DNA of 23,621 nucleotides from an uncultured Acidobacteriota bacterium (GTDB lineage Bacteria; Acidobacteriota; Terriglobia; JAJPHL01): assembly GCA_964410045.1 (NCBI GenBank), contig CAYPHP010000004.1:1-23621 (forward strand), given 5' to 3'. Position numbers and translations under genes: made by a program. The first letter of the stretch is position 1; every line of letters starts with the position of its first letter. Below are positions 8,761-18,108 of the stretch, in pieces. The notes below the pieces were generated by a model. That model was not told the DNA's origin. It made no database searches and saw nothing but the letters and a program-made list of their open reading frames with translations.

Positions 8761-9792
8761 ATGCGTTTCGTTCAAGCAGGGATCCTGGCCGTGTTGGTCC
8801 TGATCGCAGGTTTGCTGTTCAACATCAGCCACAAGATGGGCCAGCCGGCCCCAGTGGCGACCGCCGCGACACAGCCGGTCTCGACTCCCGCTGCGGCGCC
8901 TGCAGAACCTGGGGCAGCCCCGTCGGCCGTGACCACCAGCCGGCCACGCCCGGTCGCCCGCCGCGTCGATCCGCCGAGATCCGTGGCGGCCAGCAATCCG
9001 GCTCCGGTCGCACAGCCCCCTCAATCCACGTATCCGCCGCCACCTCCGCCGCCGGCTCCGGTCAGCAGCGACTCGATCTCGCGGCCTCGCACGTCCGAAC
9101 CGGAATACACCGGCCCGTCGTATCCGAATTCCGTGATCGCCCCGCAAGGCAACTATCCGCCTCCGCCTCCCCCGGGGGGCAGCTATCCAGCGTCTTCGGC
9201 ATCGGGTGCGGGACGCACGGTAACTGTGCCGTCGGGAACGCCGTTCACGGTTCGCATGCTCGATTCCATTAGCAGTGAGAGGAACCGGGCCGGCGACACG
9301 TTCCAGGCCAGTCTGGATGAAGACTTACAAGCCGACGGCGTGGTCGTGGCGCGGCGTGGCTCCGTGGTTCACGGCAAGATCGTCCAGGCTAAACAAGCGG
9401 GCCGCATAGCCGGCGTCGCCGAAATGGCCTTGGAGGTTGAACGCATCCAGACCGTAGCAGGCGATGTGCCCATCGCCAGCGACGTGCTGCAGAAGGAAGG
9501 GCAGACCAGCAAGGGCAAGGACGCCGCCAAAGTTGGAGTGCTGGCGGGCATCGGCGCCGCCATCGGCGCGATCGCCGGCGGACGCAAGGGCGCAGGCATC
9601 GGCGCAGGCGCGGGCGCTACCGCCGGAACCGCAGGCGTCTTGATCGAGCGCGGCAAACCCGTGGAATACAACCCGGAGGATCGCGTTACCTTCCGGCTGC
9701 GCGCGCCGCTCACGGTCACCGGTGATCCTTCGCGTACTTCCACTTCACCTTCCGATCCGGATCGCCCGGCGCTACGTCGCCGCAACAGCTAA
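8761..9792 (+). CDS. membrane-anchored proline-rich protein with C-terminal glycine-zipper (SlyB/17-kDa-antigen-like) domain
   Basis: The N-terminal TM is FVQAGILAVLVLIAGLLF. A Pro/Ala-rich low-complexity region contains repeated YPPPPPP. The C-terminal globular part contains the glycine zipper GVLAGIGAAIGAIAGGRKGAGIGAGAGATAGTAG flanked by beta-rich segments. The AAGGG/GAAGG motif precedes the ATG. The overlapping ORF 8622..9272 in another frame was rejected. Confidence 0.75.
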   Translation: MRFVQAGILAVLVLIAGLLFNISHKMGQPAPVATAATQPVSTPAAAPAEPGAAPSAVTTSRPRPVARRVDPPRSVAASNPAPVAQPPQSTYPPPPPPPAPVSSDSISRPRTSEPEYTGPSYPNSVIAPQGNYPPPPPPGGSYPASSASGAGRTVTVPSGTPFTVRMLDSISSERNRAGDTFQASLDEDLQADGVVVARRGSVVHGKIVQAKQAGRIAGVAEMALEVERIQTVAGDVPIASDVLQKEGQTSKGKDAAKVGVLAGIGAAIGAIAGGRKGAGIGAGAGATAGTAGVLIERGKPVEYNPEDRVTFRLRAPLTVTGDPSRTSTSPSDPDRPALRRRNS

Positions 9793-9804
9793 GGGACAAA
9801 AACC

Positions 9805-9842
9805 AGCGGGTTAGCTTCGAAGCTAACCCGCTTCGTCTTTCT
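9805..9842 (+). terminator. Rho-independent terminator after the Pro-rich/glycine-zipper gene
   Basis: AGCGGGTTAGCTTC|GAAGCTAACCCGCT is a perfect 28-nt palindrome giving a 13-14 bp stem. It is followed by TCGTCTTTCT. It sits 13 nt after the stop at 9792. Confidence 0.6.
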
Positions 9843-9859
9843 ACGGATATACTCCCCGA

Positions 9860-12565
9860 ATGCCACGATTGCTTGTTGTAGTCTTGCTTACAGTTCTGAG
9901 TTTCGCCCAGGCGCCGCAGAAGATCACCGCGGTGGAAGGGATCACGGAATATCGTCTGTCCAACGGCCTGAGCGTCTTGCTGTTTCCCGATCAGACCAAG
10001 CCAACGATTACCGTAAACATCACTTACAAGGTCGGATCGCGCCATGAAAACTACGGCGAAACCGGGATGGCCCATTTGCTGGAGCACCTGCTGTTCAAGG
10101 GCTCGCCCCGGCACCCCAACATTCCCCAGGAACTGACGGAGCACGGCGCGCGGCCCAACGGCACGACGTGGTACGACCGCACGACCTACTTCGAAACCTT
10201 TGCGGCTTCCGAGGAGAACCTGCGGTGGGCCCTCGATCTGGAAGCGGACCGCATGGTCAATTCCTTCGTGGCCAAGAAGGATCTGGACAGCGAAATGACC
10301 GTGGTGCGCAATGAGTTCGAGGCCGGGGAGAATTCTCCATCCGGCGTGCTCGAAGAGCGCGTGCTCTCCACGGCCTACCTCTGGCACAACTACGCGAACA
10401 CCACGATCGGCTCGCGCGCAGACATTGAGAATGTGCCCATCGAACGGCTGCAGGCTTTCTACCGGACTTTCTACCAGCCCGACAACGCGGTATTGCTGGT
10501 GGCCGGAAAGTTCGACGAGGCCAAGACTCTGGCCCTGATCCAGGAACTCTTCGGCAAGATCCCCAAGCCCACCCGCAAGCTGCCCGAGTTCTACACCCAG
10601 GAACCCGCGCAAGACGGCGAGCGCCAGGTGATTTTGCGGCGCACCGGCGACCTGCAGGTGATCCTGGCCGCCTGGCACGTTCCGGCCGCGGCCCATCAGG
10701 ATTTCGCCGCTGTGGACCTGCTCACCGTGATCCTCGGCGATCAGCCCTCCGGCCGCCTGCACAAGGCCCTGGTGGAAACCAAGAAAGCCTCCGGCGTCGG
10801 CAGCTTCAACTATCAAGTCCACGATCCCGGGACGATCCTGGCCTACGCGGAAGTACGCAAGGAACAGTCGCTGGATGAGGCTCGCGACATTTTCCTGAAG
10901 GCGATTGACGAAGCCATCGCCAAGCCGCCCACCTCAGAGGAGGTGGAGCGGGCCCGGACCAACCTGCTGAAGCAGATCGAACTGACCCTGAACAGCGCCG
11001 ACCGCGTGGGTCTGCAATTGAGCGAGTTCATCGGCGCGGGCGACTGGCGGCTGTTCTTCCTACACCGCGACCGCATCCGCAAAGCCACCGCTGCCGACGT
11101 GCAGCGCATTGCCGCCACTTACCTGAAGCCTTCGAACCGCACCTTGGGATTGTTCATCCCGACCGATAAGCCGGAACGCGCCGAGATCCCGGCCACGCCC
11201 AATGTCGCGGAATTGCTGAAGGACTACAAGGGCGACCAACAATTGGCTCAAGGCGAGGCGTTTGATCCTTCGCCCGCCAACATCGAAGGCCGCACCCGCC
11301 GGAGCGTCTTGGCCAACGGCATGCAAATGGCGCTGCTTTCGAAGAAGACCCGCGGCGGCACCGTGGTGCTCTCCGCCAGCCTGCGCTACGGCGATGAGAA
11401 CAGCCTCAAGAATCGCTCCACAGATGCGGGGTTGGCCGCGGAAATGCTCCTACGCGGCACTACGCGTCATTCCCGCCAGCAGATCAAGGACGAATTCGAC
11501 CGGTTGAAGGCCCGCGTGAGCATTTCTCCCGCCGGTCCTCAAACCGTCATCTCCGTAGAGACGGTCCGCGAGAATCTTCCGGCGGTGATTCGGCTGCTTG
11601 CCGAAGTGTTGCGCGAGCCTTCCTTCCCGGAGAACGAGTTCGAGCAACTTCGCCAGGAACAACTGGCATCCATCGAAGAACAGCGCAAGGAACCGCAAAC
11701 CCTGGCGGGCACTGCTTTCCAACGGCACATCATGCCGTTCCCCAAGGGCGATATCCGCTACATCAGCACGCCTGACGAGGAAGTAGCCGATTTGAAGGCC
11801 GCCACTCTGGCCGGGGTGAAGCGGTTTCACTCCAGTTTCTACGGCGCTTCCAATTTTCAAATGAGCGTTGCTGGCGATTTCGACGAAACCAACGTCTCCG
11901 GCCTCTTGCGCGAACATTTTGGGGGCTGGAGAAGCCCGCAGCCGTTCACCCGTGTGCCGCGGCCTTACTTCGACGTGCCCGCGGTCAACCAGTCGTTCGA
12001 AGCGCCGGACAAGGCCAACGCTTTCTTCATCGCCGGCATGAATCTGAAGATTCGCGACGACGATCCCGACTATCCGGCCCTGGTCATTGCCAATTACCTG
12101 CTGGGCGGCGGATTTCTGAACTCACGGCTGGCGGTGCGCTTGCGCCAGAAGGACGGGCTGAGCTACGCGGTCGGCTCGCAATTCCAGGCCAGTCCTCTGG
12201 ACCAATCCGGGCAGTTCGTCTCCTACGCGATCCATGCCCCGCAGAACGCCGCCAAGCTGGAAGCCGGTTTCAAGGAGGAAGTGGCGCGGGTGCTCAAGGA
12301 CGGCTTCACCGCCGAGGAATTGAAAGCCGGCATCTCCGGGTATTTACAGAACCGGCAAGTCGGACGTGCTCAGGACGCCACACTGGCCCGTTCTCTGGCC
12401 AACTACCTTTTTCTGAAGCGCACTTTGGAGTGGGATGCTGACTTCGAGAGGAAAGTGGCCGCCCTGACCGCCGAACAGGTGACCGCGGCGTTCCGCAAGC
12501 ACGTCAACCTCGACAAGCTCAGCATCTTCAAAGCCGGTGACTTCGCCAAGAAGCCACAAGACTGA
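9860..12565 (+). CDS. M16 family zinc metallopeptidase (pitrilysin-like), two-domain, secreted
   Basis: The signal peptide is MPRLLVVVLLTVLSFAQA. The inverzincin motif HLLEHLLFKGS (HxxEH) lies in the N-terminal half, with a downstream E in the ...NGTTWYDRTTYFE region. A second inactive M16-like half makes up the C-terminal 450 aa. The 901-aa length is typical for fused M16A/B-type peptidases. Confidence 0.9.
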   Translation: MPRLLVVVLLTVLSFAQAPQKITAVEGITEYRLSNGLSVLLFPDQTKPTITVNITYKVGSRHENYGETGMAHLLEHLLFKGSPRHPNIPQELTEHGARPNGTTWYDRTTYFETFAASEENLRWALDLEADRMVNSFVAKKDLDSEMTVVRNEFEAGENSPSGVLEERVLSTAYLWHNYANTTIGSRADIENVPIERLQAFYRTFYQPDNAVLLVAGKFDEAKTLALIQELFGKIPKPTRKLPEFYTQEPAQDGERQVILRRTGDLQVILAAWHVPAAAHQDFAAVDLLTVILGDQPSGRLHKALVETKKASGVGSFNYQVHDPGTILAYAEVRKEQSLDEARDIFLKAIDEAIAKPPTSEEVERARTNLLKQIELTLNSADRVGLQLSEFIGAGDWRLFFLHRDRIRKATAADVQRIAATYLKPSNRTLGLFIPTDKPERAEIPATPNVAELLKDYKGDQQLAQGEAFDPSPANIEGRTRRSVLANGMQMALLSKKTRGGTVVLSASLRYGDENSLKNRSTDAGLAAEMLLRGTTRHSRQQIKDEFDRLKARVSISPAGPQTVISVETVRENLPAVIRLLAEVLREPSFPENEFEQLRQEQLASIEEQRKEPQTLAGTAFQRHIMPFPKGDIRYISTPDEEVADLKAATLAGVKRFHSSFYGASNFQMSVAGDFDETNVSGLLREHFGGWRSPQPFTRVPRPYFDVPAVNQSFEAPDKANAFFIAGMNLKIRDDDPDYPALVIANYLLGGGFLNSRLAVRLRQKDGLSYAVGSQFQASPLDQSGQFVSYAIHAPQNAAKLEAGFKEEVARVLKDGFTAEELKAGISGYLQNRQVGRAQDATLARSLANYLFLKRTLEWDADFERKVAALTAEQVTAAFRKHVNLDKLSIFKAGDFAKKPQD

Positions 12566-12583
12566 AACTTCGGATGGACACGG

Positions 12584-12955
12584 ATGAACACGCATCCGGC
12601 CGGCCTCAATGTTGAATTGCCAGGGACGGCGGTTTCGCGTTACAGTGGATTCGTGGCGGAACCTCAGGGTGTACGCGTGGAGATCTTCGACCAGGTGTAT
12701 CACCTGCGTGTCGGCAATGATTCGGACGCCGAGCAGATCCGCAGGGCGGCAGCTTACGTCGACGCCAAGATCCGCAGCGTAGCGGCCAAGACACGCGACG
12801 TGGATTCGCTGCGTTTGGCGGTCCTGGCGGCCCTGCACATCGCCGACGAGTACCACGCGTTGCAGGGCAAGCACGAAGCCTTGCACGATCAGATCGAACA
12901 ACGGAGCGCGGCGCTGGGCCGCCTTCTGGACCGCGAACTTCGCAACGCCAGTTAG
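12584..12955 (+). CDS. zapA: cell division protein ZapA (Z-ring-associated protein A)
   Basis: It matches the ZapA pattern VRVEIFDQVYHLRV..DSDAEQIRRAAAYVDAKIRSVAAKTRDVDSLRLAVLAALHIADEY, followed by a C-terminal coiled coil. The start could instead be an internal GTG ~12652. The size of 100-123 aa is appropriate. Confidence 0.75.
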   Translation: MNTHPAGLNVELPGTAVSRYSGFVAEPQGVRVEIFDQVYHLRVGNDSDAEQIRRAAAYVDAKIRSVAAKTRDVDSLRLAVLAALHIADEYHALQGKHEALHDQIEQRSAALGRLLDRELRNAS

Positions 12956-12992
12956 ACAATACCCAGCTTAGAAAGCTCGAGACCGTTCCAAC

Positions 12993-13805
12993 TTGCGCAT
13001 CCTGTTTATCGGGGACATCTTCGGCAGCCCGGGCCGCCGCGTGCTGCACGACCATCTGCAAGACATCGTCAAGCAACGAGAGATTGACCTGGTGTTGGCC
13101 AACGGCGAGAACGTCGCGGCCGGCTTTGGCATCACTCCGCGACTGGCGCAGGAACTGCTGGGCCTGGGCATCGAGGCCATTACAACCGGCAACCACGTCT
13201 GGGACCGCAAGGAAATCATGGAGTACCTGCCGCAGGAACCGCGCCTGGTCCGCGCCGCGAACTATCCGGACATGCAGGGGACAGGCGTGCCGGGGGCGCC
13301 GGGGCATGGAATGTACGTGGGGCGCAGCAGGGGCGGCGTGCCCTATGCGCTGATTCACGTGCAGGGCCGCGTTTACCTGCCGTCTCTCGATTGTCCCTTC
13401 CGCGCGGCAGACGCGGAACTGGCGCGGCTGCCGGCTGACTGCCGGATCCGCATTGTGGACATCCATGCCGAAGCGACGTCAGAGAAGCAGGCCATGGGCT
13501 GGTATCTGGACGGACGGGTTACCGCCGTGCTGGGGACTCACACCCATGTGCCCACGGCCGACGAGCGTATCCTCCCGGGCGGTACGGCGTTTCTCACCGA
13601 TGTCGGTATGACCGGACCCTACGCGTCCGTCATCGGCGTGGACAAGGACATCGCCCTGCGCAAGTTTCTCAATCAAATGCCGGCGCGCTTCGAACCGGCC
13701 AAAGACGACGTGCGCCTGGCCGCAGCGATCATTGACGCCGACGAGGAGACAGGTCGCGCCCGTTCGATCGAGCGGCTTTTGATGCAGGTGCGGGAACCCG
13801 CCTAA
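12993..13805 (+). CDS. ymdB: YmdB-like metallophosphoesterase (TIGR00282 family; 2',3'-cyclic-nucleotide phosphodiesterase-like)
   Basis: The TTG start reads MRILFIGDIFGSPGRRVL, with the characteristic ...DLVLANGENVAAGFGIT... and TTGNHVWD motifs. The 270-aa length matches the family. Confidence 0.87.
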   Translation: MRILFIGDIFGSPGRRVLHDHLQDIVKQREIDLVLANGENVAAGFGITPRLAQELLGLGIEAITTGNHVWDRKEIMEYLPQEPRLVRAANYPDMQGTGVPGAPGHGMYVGRSRGGVPYALIHVQGRVYLPSLDCPFRAADAELARLPADCRIRIVDIHAEATSEKQAMGWYLDGRVTAVLGTHTHVPTADERILPGGTAFLTDVGMTGPYASVIGVDKDIALRKFLNQMPARFEPAKDDVRLAAAIIDADEETGRARSIERLLMQVREPA

Positions 13806-13819
13806 TCCAACAGAAAGTT

Positions 13820-14161
13820 CTAGACCGGCGCGACGCCGGTGCGCGAGACGAAGTCAAACCTGCTGCGATGCTCGAAGAACAGCAGGTCGACCAGGACATC
13901 GTAATGAACCTGGACTTCGAAACCGCCGCCTTGGAGCGGGGAAACGGTGACGTCTTCGGGCATCAACTCGATCCCCATAGCCTGGCCCAGTTCCACTACC
14001 CGGCCATGGAGTTGGCTCGGGTGCGGACGCACCGATTGCGATTCCACATAGTCGCGGATCACCCGTGCGAACTGGTAGCTCTGCACGTACGGTTGCCCCA
14101 TCCGCAGACCAACAAATCCCAAGCTGAGCAACAGGGTCGCTTTGAGGACCCGTCCTAACAT
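13820..14161 (-). CDS. hypothetical small secreted or membrane-anchored protein (113 aa)
   Basis: The N-terminal signal-like segment is MLGRVLKATLLLSLGFVGLRMG. The rest is protein-like, but I recognise no family. It is convergent with ymdB and lies downstream of the receptor gene on the same strand. The RBS is weak. Confidence 0.45.
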   Translation of the reverse strand: MLGRVLKATLLLSLGFVGLRMGQPYVQSYQFARVIRDYVESQSVRPHPSQLHGRVVELGQAMGIELMPEDVTVSPLQGGGFEVQVHYDVLVDLLFFEHRSRFDFVSRTGVAPV

Positions 14162-14217
14162 TCACCGATACTGTTACCAGAGGCCGGGGTAGCCTGTCTA
14201 GCCTTATTGATGAATTT

Positions 14218-14252
14218 CCGGGAGTCCGGTGGAAATAAGCCAGGACTCCCGG
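14218..14252 (-). terminator. GC-rich stem-loop (10-bp perfect stem, 15-nt loop) downstream of the TonB-receptor stop, with no U-tract
   Basis: CCGGGAGTCC-ggtggaaataagcca-GGACTCCCGG lies 16 nt after the receptor stop codon (minus-strand sense). Neither strand has a T-run, so it may be a Rho-dependent or leaky terminator, or an RNA-stability element. Confidence 0.3.
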
Positions 14253-14268
14253 GCCGGTGCCATAAGTA

Positions 14269-17200
14269 CTAGAACCGGTAGTGCAGACCCAGTTGGATCA
14301 CGCGTGGCCCGTAGAAATTCTGAGCGATCGTGCCGAACGTGGGCTGGTTGATGTTGAAACGCGGAGCGCTTGCTGCGGCGCCTTCATCTCCCACGAAGAA
14401 CGTCGCGTGGTTGAAGAAATTGGTGGCCTCGAAGCGGATCTCCACAGACTGCCGCTCGGTGATTCGAGTGGTTTTCTGCAGACCGAAATCAAGATTGAAG
14501 GCCCACGGTCCGGAGAACTGGCGGCGTTGGAGGTTGCCGATGGTTCCCGGAACGGGGTTGAAGAACACCTGGCCGGAGAACGGGGCCAAGCCGTCGCCTG
14601 CCACGCCGCGCCCGTCCGGTCCTTTGACCGACGGTGCGATGAAGATGGGTCCGTTACCGGTCATCTGGAAACGGATCACCTTGTCTAGTTCCTCGCGAGT
14701 CAGGGTCGTGTCGACGGTGTTCAGTCCCGAACGCGCGCCGCGATTCAGTGTGCCGCGTGCGGAGAGGATGGAGAACGGCGTCCCCGACTGCCAGTTCATG
14801 ATGCCGCTCATCGACCATCCGCTGAGCAGGCGTTCGAGTTTCGAGTGATTGAAGCGGTGGCCGCGGCCCATCGGAATGTCATAGACCCAGTTGGCCTTGA
14901 TGTTGTGGGCCAGGTCGAAGGAGGTGCGGGCCCTATCGATCTGCGCGTTAGCTGCATCCAGGAACGGCTCGAACCGCAACTGCACATCGCCCGCGGAATC
15001 ACTGAGGTTCTTCGACCAGGTGTAATTGCCTTGCACTTGTAGGCCGCGGAAGCGTCCACGTGCCTCCAGTTGCAGGGCGTGGTACGACGAGTTGCTGTAG
15101 TTGGTGATCAGGTTCGTGCCCAGACCCAGCGGCTGGCGATAGAAGTTCACCGAACCTTGCAGACGGTTGGTCTGATAGATGTTGGCCAGTTCGCCGACCT
15201 GACCCGTCTGGATCAGGCCGACTACGGTTCCGTTGGTCAACAGCCCGCCTGACCCGAGCAGCGGGAAGACCGTCAGCGGCTGACTCCCAGGGATGCTGGG
15301 GTTATAAGCAGCGGCGAAGACTCCGGTCCTTTGCTGCGCCAGGAAGCCGTTGCTGCGGGCACGCTGGAAGTCGGCCAGGAAGCCGTTCTCTCTCACGATC
15401 ACCTGGTTCAGGTCGAAAGACCGGAACAGCTTGGTGCCGTGGTTGCCCAGATAGCGGGCTTCCAGCACGACACCCTTGAACTCGCGCTGCAGACCGATGC
15501 TCCACTGCTGTACGTAGGGCGACACCAGGTCGGGGGAAGGCATGCCGAACGCGGCGCCGGTGCCCAGGACGCGGTTGTTGTCCGCAAAAGTGCGTGGAAC
15601 CTGGAAGGCCGGCGTGGGGATGGCCGTGGGCGAGGCAAACCGCCCGTTCAGCCCCTGAGCCGTCACCGTGGAAACCAGACCGCCATTGGTGATGATCGGA
15701 TTGTTGAGGATCGTGGCGATGTTGGCGTCATTCACAAAGTAGACGCCATAGGCCGCGCGCACTGCTGTCTTGCCATTGCCTCGCGGATCCCACGCCAGGC
15801 CCACGTTGGGCGCGAAGTTGTTGCGGTCGGTCTTGTAGAACGGACGCCCGTCGCCGCTGGCGAAGTCCAGGGTGGCGTTGGACAGCAGCGTGGTGATGGC
15901 GTTGCCGTTCTGCAGCACCGGCATCAGGCCCAGGCCGTTCAGTTCCTTGACCGGCATGTACAGGTCGTAGCGCAAGCCGGCGTTCACCGTCAGGCGGGAG
16001 TTCACCCTGTAGGTGTCGGTGACGTAGCCCGCGTAGTTGCTCAGCCGGAAGTGGTTCAGTTGCGGCGCGCCGGCGACAAAGCCGGAGCTGCGGCTGGTGA
16101 CGTTGAATGTGCGAGTGTAGTCATTCAGCAAACCGGCCAGGCTGGACAGCAGGTTGTTGGCGGCGGTCAAGTCCGCGGCGCGGACTCCCGGAAGTTGCGC
16201 GCCGGTCAAGGCGATCCCGTTGGTTCCCAGGCCCAGGTTGTAGACCGCCGTGGTGCCGGCGAAGTCGTAAGGTGCGGTGTATTCCTGCTGCATCTGGAAG
16301 CCGAACTGCAAACTATGCCGTCCGCGCACCCAGGAGGCGTTGTCAAACAGGTTGTAGGTGTCGGTCTGGCGGCCTTGCGGCTGGAAATTGTTCACCGGGT
16401 TGCTGAACACCAGGCCACCCGCCAGCGGCTTGCTGAGGTCTTCGCTGTTCAGGAACAACGCCGAGGAGTAGTGAAACCCGCCCCCCAATTGATTGGTGAA
16501 GGTCGGGCCCGGACTCCAGCGCCAACTCAGAGACATCAGGTTGCGGACATCGTCATTGGTGACCTTGGGGACCGAGTAGAACGCCGCGCCCTGGGTGCGG
16601 TCGACAAAATCATGTGTGCGCAGCCACGTTCCGGCGAAGGAGTGCTTGGTGGAGAGAACATAATCGCCCTTGGCCGTCAGGTTCTCGGTATTACGGTTGG
16701 AGCGCTGCGGGAAGGCGTAGCCGACGGTGTTGCGCACAAAGGCCGCCGTGCTGTCGCCCACGGTGAAGCTATTGGCAGCGCTACCCGCCGGAACCCGCTC
16801 GAGCAGCGTCCGGATGGCCGGGTCGACGCTCAGACCGGTGGCCTGCAGGATGTTCACCTTGCGCACCACGCCGGCGGTGTCTTGATACGTGAAGATGCCG
16901 TTGCGCGCATCATCGGTCAGGATGGTCCGGGTCTGAGTGGCCTGCGAGCGAAACCGGAACAACTCGTAATCGAAGTAGAAGAACAGCTTGTCACGCATGA
17001 TCGGGCCGCCGACGGAGGCGCCCACCTGGTTCTGGTTGAGGAACGACTTGGGCAACCCCGCCTGGTTGGTGAACCAGCCATTAGCCCCCAGCGCGCTGTT
17101 GCGATTCTGCCAGACCAGGTTACCGTGGTATTGGTTGGTTCCCGACGGAGTAACGAAGGACATTTGGGATGCGCCCGCGGAAGCCGCTGAGTTGGTGTTG

Positions 17201-17859
17201 GCGGCAGCCACGGTGAACTCCGAAACCTGATCCAGCTTCAGCAGCAGTGGCGAGAACGTGTTGGTGTTGTCGCGCAGGAAATTGTCCTGGATGTTGATGC
17301 CGTCGACGGCGATGTTGGTGAACGCGGTTCGCTGGCCGTTGATGGACACGGCGCCGCGCGAATTGCTCACACCCGCCTGAGTGTTGATCAGTCCCTGCAC
17401 GCTCCGGCTGGCCAAAGGCAGCCGCCGGATCTGCTCGTTGCTCACGGTCACAGAAAGTTCCGCGTTGGCCGTCTGCACCGTGACCGCATTGGCGACCACC
17501 TCCACCGCCTGGCTGACCGATTCCACTTCCAGCGTGACCGGAGCAAGGCTGGTCTGGCGCGATGGCTCCACCTTCACCTGGCTGATCGTGCGCTTGCGGA
17601 ATCCGCTCATCTCCACGACCAGGTCGTAGAGTTCCGGGCGGATGCCGGTCAGGTCGAAGATTCCTTCTTGATTCGTTTCCGTGGCCGCCTGCGGCGCCGT
17701 GCCGCCAGGCAACAGCAAGTGAATCTTGGCGCCCACGACCACTGCGCCCGAAGCATCCACTACCGAGCCGCTGATCCTTCCGGAAACTTGTGCTTGCACC
17801 AGGAGCGTCCCCGTGAACACCACCAGTGCGGTCCAGAGCAACGTGCGTTGAAATGTCAT
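14269..17859 (-). CDS. TonB-dependent outer-membrane receptor with N-terminal carboxypeptidase-regulatory-like (CarbopepD_reg) domain
   Basis: The start was chosen at the second ATG (17859) because GGAGGAAGG lies between the two in-frame ATGs. The signal peptide is MTFQRTLLWTALVVFTGTLLVQAQ. The N-terminal segment VSGRISGSVVDASGAVVVGAKIHLL...DLTGIRPELYDLVVEMSGF is a CarbopepD_reg-like Ig fold. A plug region follows (RLPLASRSVQGLINTQAGVS, ...ISINGQR...NIAVDGI), then a long beta-barrel. The C-terminus ends ...LHYRF with an aromatic terminal residue. Its ~1196 aa is typical of Acidobacteria-type receptors. Confidence 0.9.
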   Translation of the reverse strand: MTFQRTLLWTALVVFTGTLLVQAQVSGRISGSVVDASGAVVVGAKIHLLLPGGTAPQAATETNQEGIFDLTGIRPELYDLVVEMSGFRKRTISQVKVEPSRQTSLAPVTLEVESVSQAVEVVANAVTVQTANAELSVTVSNEQIRRLPLASRSVQGLINTQAGVSNSRGAVSINGQRTAFTNIAVDGINIQDNFLRDNTNTFSPLLLKLDQVSEFTVAAANTNSAASAGASQMSFVTPSGTNQYHGNLVWQNRNSALGANGWFTNQAGLPKSFLNQNQVGASVGGPIMRDKLFFYFDYELFRFRSQATQTRTILTDDARNGIFTYQDTAGVVRKVNILQATGLSVDPAIRTLLERVPAGSAANSFTVGDSTAAFVRNTVGYAFPQRSNRNTENLTAKGDYVLSTKHSFAGTWLRTHDFVDRTQGAAFYSVPKVTNDDVRNLMSLSWRWSPGPTFTNQLGGGFHYSSALFLNSEDLSKPLAGGLVFSNPVNNFQPQGRQTDTYNLFDNASWVRGRHSLQFGFQMQQEYTAPYDFAGTTAVYNLGLGTNGIALTGAQLPGVRAADLTAANNLLSSLAGLLNDYTRTFNVTSRSSGFVAGAPQLNHFRLSNYAGYVTDTYRVNSRLTVNAGLRYDLYMPVKELNGLGLMPVLQNGNAITTLLSNATLDFASGDGRPFYKTDRNNFAPNVGLAWDPRGNGKTAVRAAYGVYFVNDANIATILNNPIITNGGLVSTVTAQGLNGRFASPTAIPTPAFQVPRTFADNNRVLGTGAAFGMPSPDLVSPYVQQWSIGLQREFKGVVLEARYLGNHGTKLFRSFDLNQVIVRENGFLADFQRARSNGFLAQQRTGVFAAAYNPSIPGSQPLTVFPLLGSGGLLTNGTVVGLIQTGQVGELANIYQTNRLQGSVNFYRQPLGLGTNLITNYSNSSYHALQLEARGRFRGLQVQGNYTWSKNLSDSAGDVQLRFEPFLDAANAQIDRARTSFDLAHNIKANWVYDIPMGRGHRFNHSKLERLLSGWSMSGIMNWQSGTPFSILSARGTLNRGARSGLNTVDTTLTREELDKVIRFQMTGNGPIFIAPSVKGPDGRGVAGDGLAPFSGQVFFNPVPGTIGNLQRRQFSGPWAFNLDFGLQKTTRITERQSVEIRFEATNFFNHATFFVGDEGAAASAPRFNINQPTFGTIAQNFYGPRVIQLGLHYRF

Positions 17860-18072
17860 GGTCCTTCCTCCGTTGTAGGTCATGAATGTTTCAGGCGCAC
17901 GTGACGGTCCTTTTCAAAACATGTCAAGCGTCACAGAGTGTGTGAGTTGCGCCCGTAAGAACAATTACAGGGAGGAAATAGTTGCGGATAATCATACGGG
18001 AGATACTGCGCGGCATAAGGTGCCTGCGCTTACGAAGGGGCACGTAGGTTCACGTAAGGAGAAGCGAAGATG

Positions 18073-18108
18073 CCTGCAAAACAGAACAGGCCTCGTTGCC
18101 GAGGCCTG
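18073..18108 (-). terminator. intrinsic terminator reading on the minus strand
   Basis: The minus-strand RNA CAGGCCUCG-gcaa-CGAGGCCUG (plus 18087-18108) is a 9-bp GC-rich stem. It is followed immediately by UUCUGUUUUG (complement of plus 18073-18086). On the plus strand the T-run is 17 nt away, so it works only in the minus orientation. Confidence 0.55.

Noticed and set aside
8622-9272. A plus-strand 216-aa ORF overlapping the end of the TPR gene and the start of the Pro-rich gene.
   Set aside because: It is a different frame from the convincingly coding 8761..9792 gene (TM + glycine zipper). The translation is Arg/Pro/Gly-rich junk typical of an off-frame reading of a Pro-rich gene.
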